Shown here: positions 10,177-18,742 of the stretch, in pieces
Numbering within the stretch: the first letter of the stretch is position 1
Layout: each line of letters begins with the position of its first letter
Origin: an uncultured Rhodobacteraceae bacterium
GTDB taxonomy: Bacteria; Pseudomonadota; Alphaproteobacteria; Rhodobacterales; Rhodobacteraceae
Reading direction: 5' to 3'
Assembly (NCBI GenBank): GCA_937952085.1
Contig: CALFYQ010000101.1
Location: forward strand, 1 to 58,619
Length of the DNA: 58,619 nucleotides
The notes under the pieces: model-generated
Told to the model about the DNA's origin: nothing
The model's database searches: none
Seen by the model: only the letters and a program-made list of their open reading frames with translations
Made by a program: the position numbers and the translations under genes

Positions 10177-11403
10177 ATGGACGGGATCATGATCCTGAGC
10201 TGGGCGGAATTCGCGATCCGTTGGCTCCATGTCGTCACCGCCATCGCCTGGATCGGCTCCTCCTTCTACTTCATCGCGCTGGACCTCGGCCTCGTGAAGC
10301 GGCCCGGCATGGCGACCGGCGTGACCGGCGAGGAATGGCAGGTCCATGGCGGCGGCTTCTACCACATCCGCAAATACGCCGTGGCGCCGGAGGAGATGCC
10401 GGAGCACCTGACCTGGTTCAAATGGGAGAGCTATTTCACCTGGATGTCGGGCGCCGCGCTTCTCGCGGTGGTCTACTGGGCCGGGGCGGAGCTTCACCTG
10501 ATCGAGCCCGGGAAGATGGCGCTCTCCACCTTCGAGGCGGTGTTGATCTCGGCCGGGTCGCTGACCATCGGCTGGATCGTCTACGACTTCCTCTGCAAGT
10601 CCCCGCTCGGCGAGAAGCCGACCTTCCTGATGGTGCTCCTTTTCATCGTTCTCGTGGCGATCGCATGGGGCTATGTGCAGGTCTTCACCGGCCGGGCTGC
10701 GCTTCTCCATCTCGGCGCCTTCACCGCCACGATCATGACCGCAAACGTCTTCTTCGTGATCATGCCGAACCAGCGCATCGTGGTGGCGGACCTCAAGGCC
10801 GGTCGCGCGCCGGACCCGAAATACGGCAAGATCGCCAAGCTCCGCTCGACGCATAACAACTACCTGACCCTGCCGGTCGTCTTCCTGATGCTGTCGAACC
10901 ACTACCCGCTCGCCTTCGCGACGGAATGGAACTGGCTGATCGCCTCCCTCGTCTTCCTGATGGGCGTCACGATCCGGCACTGGTTCAATACCGTCCACGC
11001 CCGGAAGGGCGAGCCGACCTGGACCTGGCTCGCCACCGCCTCGATCTTCGTCGTCATCGTCTGGCTCTCGATGATTGGCGCGCCGGACGTCGATCCGGAG
11101 GCGGAGAAGAAGGCCGCCCTGCCGCCCGGCGCGGCCCGCTACGCCGCGGCGGAGGGCTTCGACCAGGCGGCGGAGATCGTCCTCTCCCGCTGCTCGATGT
11201 GCCACGCGCGCGAGCCGGTCTGGGACGGGATATACGTCTCGCCGAAAGGCGTGACGCTGGAGACCGAGGCGGACATCGCGATCCACGCCGAGGCGATCTA
11301 CCTCCAGGCCGGCCTCTCGACGGCGATGCCGCCCGGCAACCTCACCTCGATCGAGCCGGAAGAGCGCGCCGCCCTCGTCGCCTGGGTCCGCGCCGCGCGA
11401 TAG
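10177..11403 (+). CDS. puuD: Membrane urate hydroxylase with C-terminal cytochrome c
   Basis: RWLHV..IAWIGSSFYF, HGGGFY, WFKWE, RSTHNNY, heme motif CSMCH. Confidence 0.94.
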   Translation: MDGIMILSWAEFAIRWLHVVTAIAWIGSSFYFIALDLGLVKRPGMATGVTGEEWQVHGGGFYHIRKYAVAPEEMPEHLTWFKWESYFTWMSGAALLAVVYWAGAELHLIEPGKMALSTFEAVLISAGSLTIGWIVYDFLCKSPLGEKPTFLMVLLFIVLVAIAWGYVQVFTGRAALLHLGAFTATIMTANVFFVIMPNQRIVVADLKAGRAPDPKYGKIAKLRSTHNNYLTLPVVFLMLSNHYPLAFATEWNWLIASLVFLMGVTIRHWFNTVHARKGEPTWTWLATASIFVVIVWLSMIGAPDVDPEAEKKAALPPGAARYAAAEGFDQAAEIVLSRCSMCHAREPVWDGIYVSPKGVTLETEADIAIHAEAIYLQAGLSTAMPPGNLTSIEPEERAALVAWVRAAR

Positions 11404-11408
11404 CGTCC

Positions 11409-11966
11409 TCAGCCGCCGGCGGCCCGCTCCATCGCCGGGCGGATCTTCCGTTCCAGGTCGTCATTCTGGATCGGTCCGACATGCTTGTAGACGATGCGGC
11501 CCTTTCCATCGATCACGAAGGTCTCCGGCACCCCGTAGACGCCCCATTCGATGCCGGCGCGGCCGGATTCGTCCTTGCCGATGGCGGAATAGGGGTCGCC
11601 TAGCTCCCTCAGGAAGGCCTTCGCCTGGCTCGGCGCGTCCTTGTAGTTGAAGCCGCGAAGGTCGACGCCCTCGGCCTGAAGCTGCATCAGCTTCGGATGC
11701 TCGACCCGGCAAGGCCCGCACCAGCTCGCCCAGACGTTCACCAGCTTGACCTCTCCGTCCGCGAAATCGGCGGCGACGAGGCCCGGCCGGTCGTCGAATA
11801 GCGGCGGCAGGTCGGTCGCCGGGGCCGGCTTGTCGATGAAGGTGGAGGGGAGGACATCCTTGTCGTCCTCGAACATCACGCTGTAGGCCGCGACCGCGAC
11901 GAGCGCGAACACCGCGACCGGAAGCGCATGGAGCAGGCGGAACCCGCCGCCGGTCTTCGCCGTCAT
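11409..11966 (-). CDS. ccmG: Cytochrome c biogenesis thioredoxin CcmG/DsbE
   Basis: NVWASWCGPC, GVYGVPETF; ATG at 11966. Confidence 0.95.
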   Translation of the reverse strand: MTAKTGGGFRLLHALPVAVFALVAVAAYSVMFEDDKDVLPSTFIDKPAPATDLPPLFDDRPGLVAADFADGEVKLVNVWASWCGPCRVEHPKLMQLQAEGVDLRGFNYKDAPSQAKAFLRELGDPYSAIGKDESGRAGIEWGVYGVPETFVIDGKGRIVYKHVGPIQNDDLERKIRPAMERAAGG

Positions 11967-12127
11967 CGCCGCATCTCCCGGGTCTCTTCGCGTTTCTCCA
12001 GTTCGGCCCGCGCCTTCGCCGCGCTCCGCCAGGCCCAGAGCGCGAGCCCGCCGAAGACGACGACGAACACGGCGTAGGCCGGCCAGACGTAGAGGGCGTG
12101 CGCCCCCATGTCCCAGTGGAGGGTCAT
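11963..12127 (-). CDS. ccmD: Heme exporter protein CcmD (54 aa, not in ORF track)
   Basis: MTLHWDMGAHALYVWPAYAVFVVVFGGLALWAWRSAAKARAELEKREETREMRR; lies between ccmC and ccmG with an ATGA overlap. Confidence 0.9.
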   Translation of the reverse strand: MTLHWDMGAHALYVWPAYAVFVVVFGGLALWAWRSAAKARAELEKREETREMRR

Positions 12128-12859
12128 CTAGTCGCGCGCCGCCTGGAGCGCCAGCGACCGCGCCCGCCGCAGCCGTATCTCCGTCCGCGTCCGCGACAGG
12201 AGGAGGGCGAAGAACGCGAGGTAGAAGCCGATCAGCGCGATCAGCAGCGGCTTGTAATAGACGTTCGCCACGTTCTCCTCCCTGTCGAGGGAAAGCGAGG
12301 CGGGCTGGTGCAGCGTGCGCCCGTCGAAGATCTCGACCGCGTAGCGCGACATCACCGCGAAGACGACGCCGACGAGGCAGAGCACGGCGGTGAGGTCCGC
12401 CGCCTTCTCCGGGTCCTCCACCGCGCTCCAGAGCGCGATGTAGCCGACATAGAAGAAGAACATGATGAGGACCGAGGTGAGCTTCGGGTCCCAGACCCAC
12501 CACGTGCCCCAGGTCGGCGCGCCCCAGAGCGCGCCCGTCACGAGCGCCAGCGCCGTCATCGCCGCGCCGATCGGCGCCGCCGCCTTCGCCGCGAGGAAGG
12601 AGACGTGGTGGCGCCGCACGAGGCCGATGATCGAGGCGATCGCCATCATGAAATAGATGTTGATCGCCAGCATCGAGGCCGGCACGTGAATGTAGATGAT
12701 CCGCGCGCTCTCGCCCTGTTCCGAATGGGTGGGTGTAAGGAGGAGGCCCCAGAGCACGCCGACGAGAATCGTCGCCACGGCGCCCCAGGCGCACCAGGGC
12801 AGCGCCTTCTCCGAGACGCGCATGAACTCCGCAGGGTTGGCGTAGCGCCAGATCGACAT
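12128..12859 (-). CDS. ccmC: Heme exporter CcmC
   Basis: YIHVP, WGAPTWGTWWVWDPKLT (WWD motif), TLHQ. Confidence 0.96.
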   Translation of the reverse strand: MSIWRYANPAEFMRVSEKALPWCAWGAVATILVGVLWGLLLTPTHSEQGESARIIYIHVPASMLAINIYFMMAIASIIGLVRRHHVSFLAAKAAAPIGAAMTALALVTGALWGAPTWGTWWVWDPKLTSVLIMFFFYVGYIALWSAVEDPEKAADLTAVLCLVGVVFAVMSRYAVEIFDGRTLHQPASLSLDREENVANVYYKPLLIALIGFYLAFFALLLSRTRTEIRLRRARSLALQAARD

Positions 12860-12958
12860 GGGCAATTGCGTAGCGCGACGAGGGCGCGCGGGCAATCCGG
12901 AGGGAGAGGACAGGGCGCCGCGGCGGCGCTATGCTCGCGGCTCTGTGAGGAAGCGCGC

Positions 12959-14347
12959 ATGGCAGGCGGCAAGATCTTCATCTCCTACCGACGGGCGGAT
13001 AGCCAGTGGGCCGCCGCCCGGCTCTACGACGCGCTTTCGGCGGCGTTCCCCGACGAGCGCATCTTCATGGATGTGGAGCAGATCGCGCCGGGGCAGGATT
13101 TCGTCGAGGTTCTGGAGCGGCAGGTCGGCGCCTGCGACGTCTTCCTCGCGCTGATCGGCCCCGAATGGCTCTCGATGCAGACCGACGCCGGCGCGCGGCG
13201 GATCGAAGAGAAGCAGGATTTCGTCCGCATCGAGATCGCCTCGGCGCTGGTGAAGCCGAACACGGTGGTGATTCCCGTCCTTCTCGACGGCGCGAAACCG
13301 CCCGCGCCCGGCGACCTGCCGGAGGAGCTTCGCCCGCTCGCCCGCCGGCAGTTCGCGCGGCTGACCCATGAGGGCTACCGGCAGGAGGTCGGCAAGCTGA
13401 TCGACGCGATCCGCGATGCGCTCGGCGCCGGGGTCGCCGCCCGCGCCGCGCCGCCGAAACCGCGGCGGGATTTTCGCCGCCCGGTTCTCATCGGCCTCGC
13501 CGCCCTCGTCCTCGCCGGCTGCGCCGCCTTCGCCTATGAGCGGCTGACCCGGCCGGCTGATCCCGCCGGAACGCCCGATCTCGCGGTCTTCACCGAATGC
13601 CCGGACTGCCCGGAGATGGTGGCGATCCCGGCCGGCAGCTTCATGATGGGCTCGCCCGAGACCGAGCCCGACCGGCTCTCGCAGGAGGGCCCGCAGCGGC
13701 AGGTGACGGTGCCGCGCTTCGCCATCGCGAAGACGGAGACGAACTGGGCGCTCTTCGCCGCCTGCGTCGCCGAGGGCGCCTGCGCGAAGCTTCAGGATGA
13801 CGGCCTGCCGAAGGAGGGGATGCCCGCCGCCGGCCCCTCATGGGACGACGCGAAGGCCTTCGCCGCCTGGGTGAACTCGAAGGTGCCCGGAGAGCCCTAT
13901 CGCCTGCCGACCGAGGCGGAATGGGAATACGCCGCACGCGGCGGAACCGATACGCCCTATTCCTGGGGCGAGACGTGGGACTATGCGAAGGCCAATCTCG
14001 GGCGGGAGATCTGCTGCATCGGCGCCGCCGAGGGCGCGGACGAATGGGTCGGCGCGGCCCCGATCGGCCGCTTCCCGCCGAACCCGTTCGGCCTTCTCGA
14101 CATGGCCGGGAACCTCGCCGAATGGGTCGAGGACGTCTACCGCGACGACGTGGAGAACAGCCCGACCGACGGCTCCGCCCGGATCTGGGAGAGCGACAGC
14201 CCCTGGGCGCAGCGCCACGTGCTCAAGGGCGGCTCCTTCACCGACCGGCCGTGGATGACCCGACCGGCGGCCCGCTATTCGAACGACCGGAACTGGCGGG
14301 CCGGCGAATACGGGTTCCGTCTCGCACGGGACATGACGCCGCGCTGA
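12959..14347 (+). CDS. TIR domain - transmembrane helix - FGE-sulfatase (SUMF1/CLec fold) protein
   Basis: N-terminal KIFISYRRAD...FMDV..I.PG.DF...FVRIEIASAL...VIPVL; TM VLIGLAALVLAGCAAFAY; C-terminal CPEMV.IP.GSF.MGS, RLPTEAEWEYAARGG, NPFGLLDMAGN, KGGSF, GFRLA. Confidence 0.9.
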   Translation: MAGGKIFISYRRADSQWAAARLYDALSAAFPDERIFMDVEQIAPGQDFVEVLERQVGACDVFLALIGPEWLSMQTDAGARRIEEKQDFVRIEIASALVKPNTVVIPVLLDGAKPPAPGDLPEELRPLARRQFARLTHEGYRQEVGKLIDAIRDALGAGVAARAAPPKPRRDFRRPVLIGLAALVLAGCAAFAYERLTRPADPAGTPDLAVFTECPDCPEMVAIPAGSFMMGSPETEPDRLSQEGPQRQVTVPRFAIAKTETNWALFAACVAEGACAKLQDDGLPKEGMPAAGPSWDDAKAFAAWVNSKVPGEPYRLPTEAEWEYAARGGTDTPYSWGETWDYAKANLGREICCIGAAEGADEWVGAAPIGRFPPNPFGLLDMAGNLAEWVEDVYRDDVENSPTDGSARIWESDSPWAQRHVLKGGSFTDRPWMTRPAARYSNDRNWRAGEYGFRLARDMTPR

Positions 14348-14357
14348 GCCGCGCCGG

Positions 14358-15538
14358 TCAGGGCAGGACGAAGATTTCCTGCGGCACGTCGGCCAGCCGG
14401 TACCCGCCCGTCTGCGTCACCACGAAGGTCTCGGTGATTGCGACGCCCCAGTCGGGCGTCCAGAGGCCGGGCATCAGGTGGAAGGTCATGTTCGCCTCAA
14501 GCGGCGTCTCGTCGCCGGGCCGGAGGCTCATGGTCCGCTCGCCCCAGTCGGGCGGGTAGGAGAGGCCGACCGGATAGCCGGTGCGGTTGTCCTTCCTGAA
14601 GCCGGCCCGCGCGAAGCTCGCGTAGACGGCGCGGGCGACGCCCTCGCAGCTCTCGCCCGGCTTCGCGGCGGCGAGCGCATCCTCGATGGCCCGGAGCACG
14701 GCGGCCTCGCCCCGACGGATTTCCGTCGAGGGCTCTCCGACATGGTAGGTGCGGCTCACCGGGCAGTGATAGCGGCGGTGGCAGCCCGAGATCTCGAAAT
14801 AGGTGGCCTCGCCGCGGGCGAGGGGCCGGTCGTTCCAGGTGAGGTGGGAGGCGGCGGCCTCACGCCCCGAGGGCGCGATCGGCGCGATCGCGGCGTAGTC
14901 GCCCGAGACGCCCGGCGCGCCGCGGATCGCGGCGCGCGCCGCCTCGGCGACCAGTTCGTGCTTCGGCGTCCCCTCGCGCATCGTCTCGCGCACCGCACGG
15001 TGGATCTCGGCGCTGACGCGGCCCGCCTTCTCCATCAGAGCGATCTCGGCGGCGGATTTCACCGCGCGCCTCCAGTTCACGAGTCCGGTCGCGTCCTCGA
15101 TCCGCGCGCCCGGAAGGTCGCGCCTGAGAATTTCGAGGCAGGCGGCGGAGAAATAGTAGTTGTCCATCTCGACGCCGATCGGCCCCGCCGCGAGGCCCCG
15201 GTCGAGCAGGTGGCGGCAGAGCGTCTCGTAGGGATGATGCGGCGGATTCTGGACATGCGCCTCGGGGTAGGTGAGCACGTCCGCGTCGGCGATCCAGGCG
15301 GTCTGCCAGGCGCCCGGCATGTCCTGCGTCCGCGTCCAGAGGAGCGGCGGGCCGGAAGCCGGCACGATGGCCGCCTGATGAACGTAGATGCTCCAGCCGT
15401 CATAGCCGGTGAGCCAGTTCATGTTGGATGGGTCGGAGACGATCAGCGCGCCGAGCCCGCGCCACCCCATCTCCGCCTGAACGGCGGCGAGCCGCACCGC
15501 GTATTCCTCAAGGGAGAAGAGGGCGAGGCGGCGGTCAT
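14358..15538 (-). CDS. M24 peptidase, ectoine hydrolase DoeA/EutD-like; 5' end appears frameshifted
   Basis: PSNMNWLTGYDGWSIYVHQ, HLTW, SYPPDWGERTMSLR. The open frame's first start is GTG 15497, but a family-like FSLEEY extends upstream toward an out-of-frame ATG at 15538. Confidence 0.85.
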
Positions 15539-17592
15539 CCGGCCGGCCTCGAAAGGTCGGGCAGGATGGTGCGGCCGGGCTGGCGCAGCTTGGCCGGCGC
15601 GGCGCGGGTGATGGCGTCGAACTCGGCGCGGAGCCGGGCCGTCAGATCCTCCGCCTGTTCCGGCGAGGAGAGGACGATGGGCCGGAGGAGCGCCAGAAGC
15701 TCCGAGCGGCCGGCCTGCTGGTTCCGCCGCCCGAAGGCCGCGCCGAGAACCGGGATCTCGTCCAGCACCGGGATGCCGCGGCGCCCGATGGTCGAGGTGT
15801 CCTGGATCAGGCCGCCGAGCACCACGGTCTGGCCGGAACGGATCGTCACGTCCGTCGTCACCGAGCGGCGGGAGATCGTCGGGCTGTCGATGCCGGAGGT
15901 GGTGGTCGGCACCACGTCGGACACTTCCTGGTCGACGCCGAGCGAGACATAACCGCCAGAATTGACCCGCGGCGTCACCGTCAGCCGCACGCCGGTGTCG
16001 CGGTACTCGACCTGGTTCACGATGCGCGAGGTGTCGTCGAAGCCTTCGGCGGTGCGCGTCACGATCGGCACCTGGTCGCCGATCTGGAGCGTGGCGGACT
16101 GGCCGTCCCGCACCAGGAGCTTCGGCGAGGAGATCACCGTCACGTCGGAGACGTCGTCGAGCGCCTCGATGATCGCCTCGGCGCCGAGATTGGTGCCGAT
16201 GGTGAAGGCGAAGCCGGGGAATTCGGGCCGGATGTTCGCGCCGCCATTGGTGAGCGTCACACCGCCCTCGCGGCCGTTGAAGAGATCGCCGACCGAGAAG
16301 GCGTATTGGACGCCGTAGCGGAGGTTGTCGCCGAGCGCGACCTCGAGAATCGTCGTCTCCACCAGCACCTGGAGCGGCGCGGAGTCGAGTTGCCGGATCA
16401 GGTCCACCAGCGTGTCGAACTGGCGCGAGGCGGCGGCGATGACGAGGGCGTTCTTCTCGGCGTCGACCACGATCCGCGGCGGGTCGCCGCCGTCGAGCAC
16501 CGGGCTCGCCGCCTCGCCCTCGGCCGGCTGGCCGGAGAAGAGCGCGTTCAGCGCGTCGGCGAGCGAGGCCGCTGGCCGGTTCTGCACCCGGTAGACGAAG
16601 AGCCGCTGCGCATCCGCCTCGCGCGGCCGGTCGAGCCGGCGCACCCAGGCGAAGGCGCGGTCGAGCGTCGCCCCGTCCCGCGCCAGGAGCATCACGGCGC
16701 CGAGCCGGTCGAGCGGCACGATGCGAAGGCCGCCGGCGGCGACCGGGCCGCCTTCCTCACGCACGCCCGGCGCCGCCTCGCCGCCGAAGACGGCCGCAAG
16801 CTCGGCGGCGAGCGCCTCGGCCGGCGCATGGGCGAGGCCGACCAGCATGACCGAGGAGCCTTCGAGCGCGTCGATGTCGAGCGCGGCGACGGTGGCGCGC
16901 GCCAGCGCCCGCTCCTCCTCCGAGCCGGAGACGACCACCGCCGCCCCGCCCGGCCCGTTGACGACGCGCACCTGTTCCCGCGGCAGCGCGAGTTCGAGCG
17001 CGTTGACGATCTCGTCCGGCGCGATGAAGCGGAGCGGGATCGTCTCCGTCCCGCCCGCCGCCGCCGGCCCGGGCGCGATGCGCCAGACGCCGTTGACGAG
17101 TTCGAGTGAAAGGCCTTTCGCCGCCAGCGCCCCGGCGAAGGCGTCGAGCACCTGCTGCGGCGGCAGCGGGGCGGGCGTGGAGAAGGAGATCGTCCCGGTC
17201 GCGGCCGGGTCCACCACGTAGGGAAGCTTCAGCGCCTCGCCGAGCACGATGGCCGCGGCGTCGGAGATCGGCGCCATGTCGAAGGCGAGGCTCACCGGCG
17301 CGCCGGTCAGCGGCGCGGCGGCGGAGAGGCGCGCGCCCGTGGGCGAGCCGGCGCGGGACTGGCCGAGAAGCCGCGCCTCGCCAGCGCGGCGATCCCGCGC
17401 CTCGGCGACGACAGCGGCGCCGACCTGCTGCGTCGGGGAGGCCTCGGGCGTCGTCTCGATCCCGCCGAGATGGCCGGCGGAGGAGAAGGGCGGCAGATGC
17501 CCCTCGCCCTCGACGCAGGCGGCAAGCAGAAGGGCGAACCCGATCGCGGCGGGGCGCAGGCTGATCCGCCCCGGAGCGGCGCTCTCGCTCAT
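15535..17592 (-). CDS. gspD: Type II secretion secretin GspD (lipoprotein-type)
   Basis: Lipobox LAAC; N-domain repeats; QVLVETTILEV, ISSPKL, GDQVP, YRDTGV, GQTVVLGGLI, GIPVLDEIPVLG. Confidence 0.93.
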   Translation of the reverse strand: MSESAAPGRISLRPAAIGFALLLAACVEGEGHLPPFSSAGHLGGIETTPEASPTQQVGAAVVAEARDRRAGEARLLGQSRAGSPTGARLSAAAPLTGAPVSLAFDMAPISDAAAIVLGEALKLPYVVDPAATGTISFSTPAPLPPQQVLDAFAGALAAKGLSLELVNGVWRIAPGPAAAGGTETIPLRFIAPDEIVNALELALPREQVRVVNGPGGAAVVVSGSEEERALARATVAALDIDALEGSSVMLVGLAHAPAEALAAELAAVFGGEAAPGVREEGGPVAAGGLRIVPLDRLGAVMLLARDGATLDRAFAWVRRLDRPREADAQRLFVYRVQNRPAASLADALNALFSGQPAEGEAASPVLDGGDPPRIVVDAEKNALVIAAASRQFDTLVDLIRQLDSAPLQVLVETTILEVALGDNLRYGVQYAFSVGDLFNGREGGVTLTNGGANIRPEFPGFAFTIGTNLGAEAIIEALDDVSDVTVISSPKLLVRDGQSATLQIGDQVPIVTRTAEGFDDTSRIVNQVEYRDTGVRLTVTPRVNSGGYVSLGVDQEVSDVVPTTTSGIDSPTISRRSVTTDVTIRSGQTVVLGGLIQDTSTIGRRGIPVLDEIPVLGAAFGRRNQQAGRSELLALLRPIVLSSPEQAEDLTARLRAEFDAITRAAPAKLRQPGRTILPDLSRPAG

Positions 17593-18098
17593 TCGGTTTT
17601 CGTCCCCTCGCGTCTCACCGGCGCGGCGACCGTCGCCCCCCGCCGCCGGAAGGTCAAGGCGTCGAGCGTGACGGACGTCGCCTCAGCCTCATCGCCCTCC
17701 GCGGTGGCGATCCGGTCGCCGACGCGGAGGCGGACGAGCCGCCCGTCGCGGTCCCTGAGAAGGGCGACCGCGCCGCTTCCGGCCGAGACGACGCCGGCGA
17801 TCTCCCACCGCCCGAAGAGCAGCCCGGCGTTCGGGTCCTCGATCGGAACGCCGGGGGCCTCGGGCGGCGGCGGCCGGCGCGCGGCGGAAAAGAGCGGACG
17901 CGCGAGGAAGGGGGAAAGGTCGGGCGCCGCCCGCTCGGCGAGATCGGCTTCTAGCCTCTGCGGCGCCTCGGGCGCGGCGGCGGCGGGCATAAGCGAGGCG
18001 GCCTCTCCCCCGAGCCAGGGCGCGGCGGCGAGCGAGACGAAGCCGAGCGCGGCGAGGCCGAGAAGGGCGGTCGCCACGGCGCTCATCGGCCCCCGCAT
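17589..18098 (-). CDS. GspN/GspC-like T2SS inner-membrane protein
   Basis: N-terminal TM, RPLFSAARRP motif, beta-rich C-terminus (VRLRVGDRI); GGAGGAG RBS; directly upstream of gspD. Confidence 0.65.
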   Translation of the reverse strand: MRGPMSAVATALLGLAALGFVSLAAAPWLGGEAASLMPAAAAPEAPQRLEADLAERAAPDLSPFLARPLFSAARRPPPPEAPGVPIEDPNAGLLFGRWEIAGVVSAGSGAVALLRDRDGRLVRLRVGDRIATAEGDEAEATSVTLDALTFRRRGATVAAPVRREGTKTE

Positions 18099-18100
18099 CC

Positions 18101-18742
18101 TCACTCCTCCGGCCGGCGGAGCGCGGCGACGGTGACGGCGACGGAGAGCCGCCGCGCCTCCGCCGCCCGGCCCGCGGCGGGCGTCGCCGCGACGATCTCG
18201 AGCGCGGGGGCCCGGAGCCGCGGCCGCGCCGCCTCCACCGCATCGAGAAAGCGCGCGAGCCCGGCATGGTCCGTCGCCAGCCGCGCCTCGACCGCGACGA
18301 CGGCGAGCGGCGCGCCGGCGGGGGCCGCGAATCCGCGCGCGGCGGGGTCCGGGAGCGCGGCCGCCGCCTGAAGCTCCACTTCCGAGGCTTCGGCGAGGAG
18401 CCGCACGGTGGAGAGAAGGTCGAGCGCCGCCGCCTCGGCCGAGGCGACGGGCGCATGCTCGTCGAGCCAGGAAAGCGCCGCCGCGCGAAGCGCCGGGTCG
18501 GCCGATGCCGCGCCGGCTTCGGCTCGCCGGGCCGCGGCGGCGGCTTCGAGCGCCGCGGCGCGCGCCTCCGTCGCCGCCGCCCGCGCCGCCGCCGCGCGCG
18601 AGCGTTCGAGGATCGGCGCCACGACGAGGGCGAAGAGCGCCAGCGCCGCGACGAGGCCGGCGAGCGCGAGAAGCCCGTGGGCCGCGCCGGAACGCGGATC
18701 GAGCCGCCGCCAGGGCGGCGTCCCTTCGCCCCGCCCGCTCAT
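18101..18742 (-). CDS. GspM-like T2SS protein
   Basis: TM, coiled coil and ferredoxin-like end (LARFLDAVEAARPRL); operon position. Confidence 0.65.
   Translation of the reverse strand: MSGRGEGTPPWRRLDPRSGAAHGLLALAGLVAALALFALVVAPILERSRAAAARAAATEARAAALEAAAAARRAEAGAASADPALRAAALSWLDEHAPVASAEAAALDLLSTVRLLAEASEVELQAAAALPDPAARGFAAPAGAPLAVVAVEARLATDHAGLARFLDAVEAARPRLRAPALEIVAATPAAGRAAEARRLSVAVTVAALRRPEE

Noticed and set aside
12098..12958. N-terminal 287-aa extension of the TIR ORF
   Set aside because: Antisense to ccmC; the TIR domain begins at ATG 12959 after a GAGG RBS
14200..14347. DGR variable region in the FGE/CLec C-terminus
   Set aside because: No template repeat, reverse transcriptase or avd gene seen in the window
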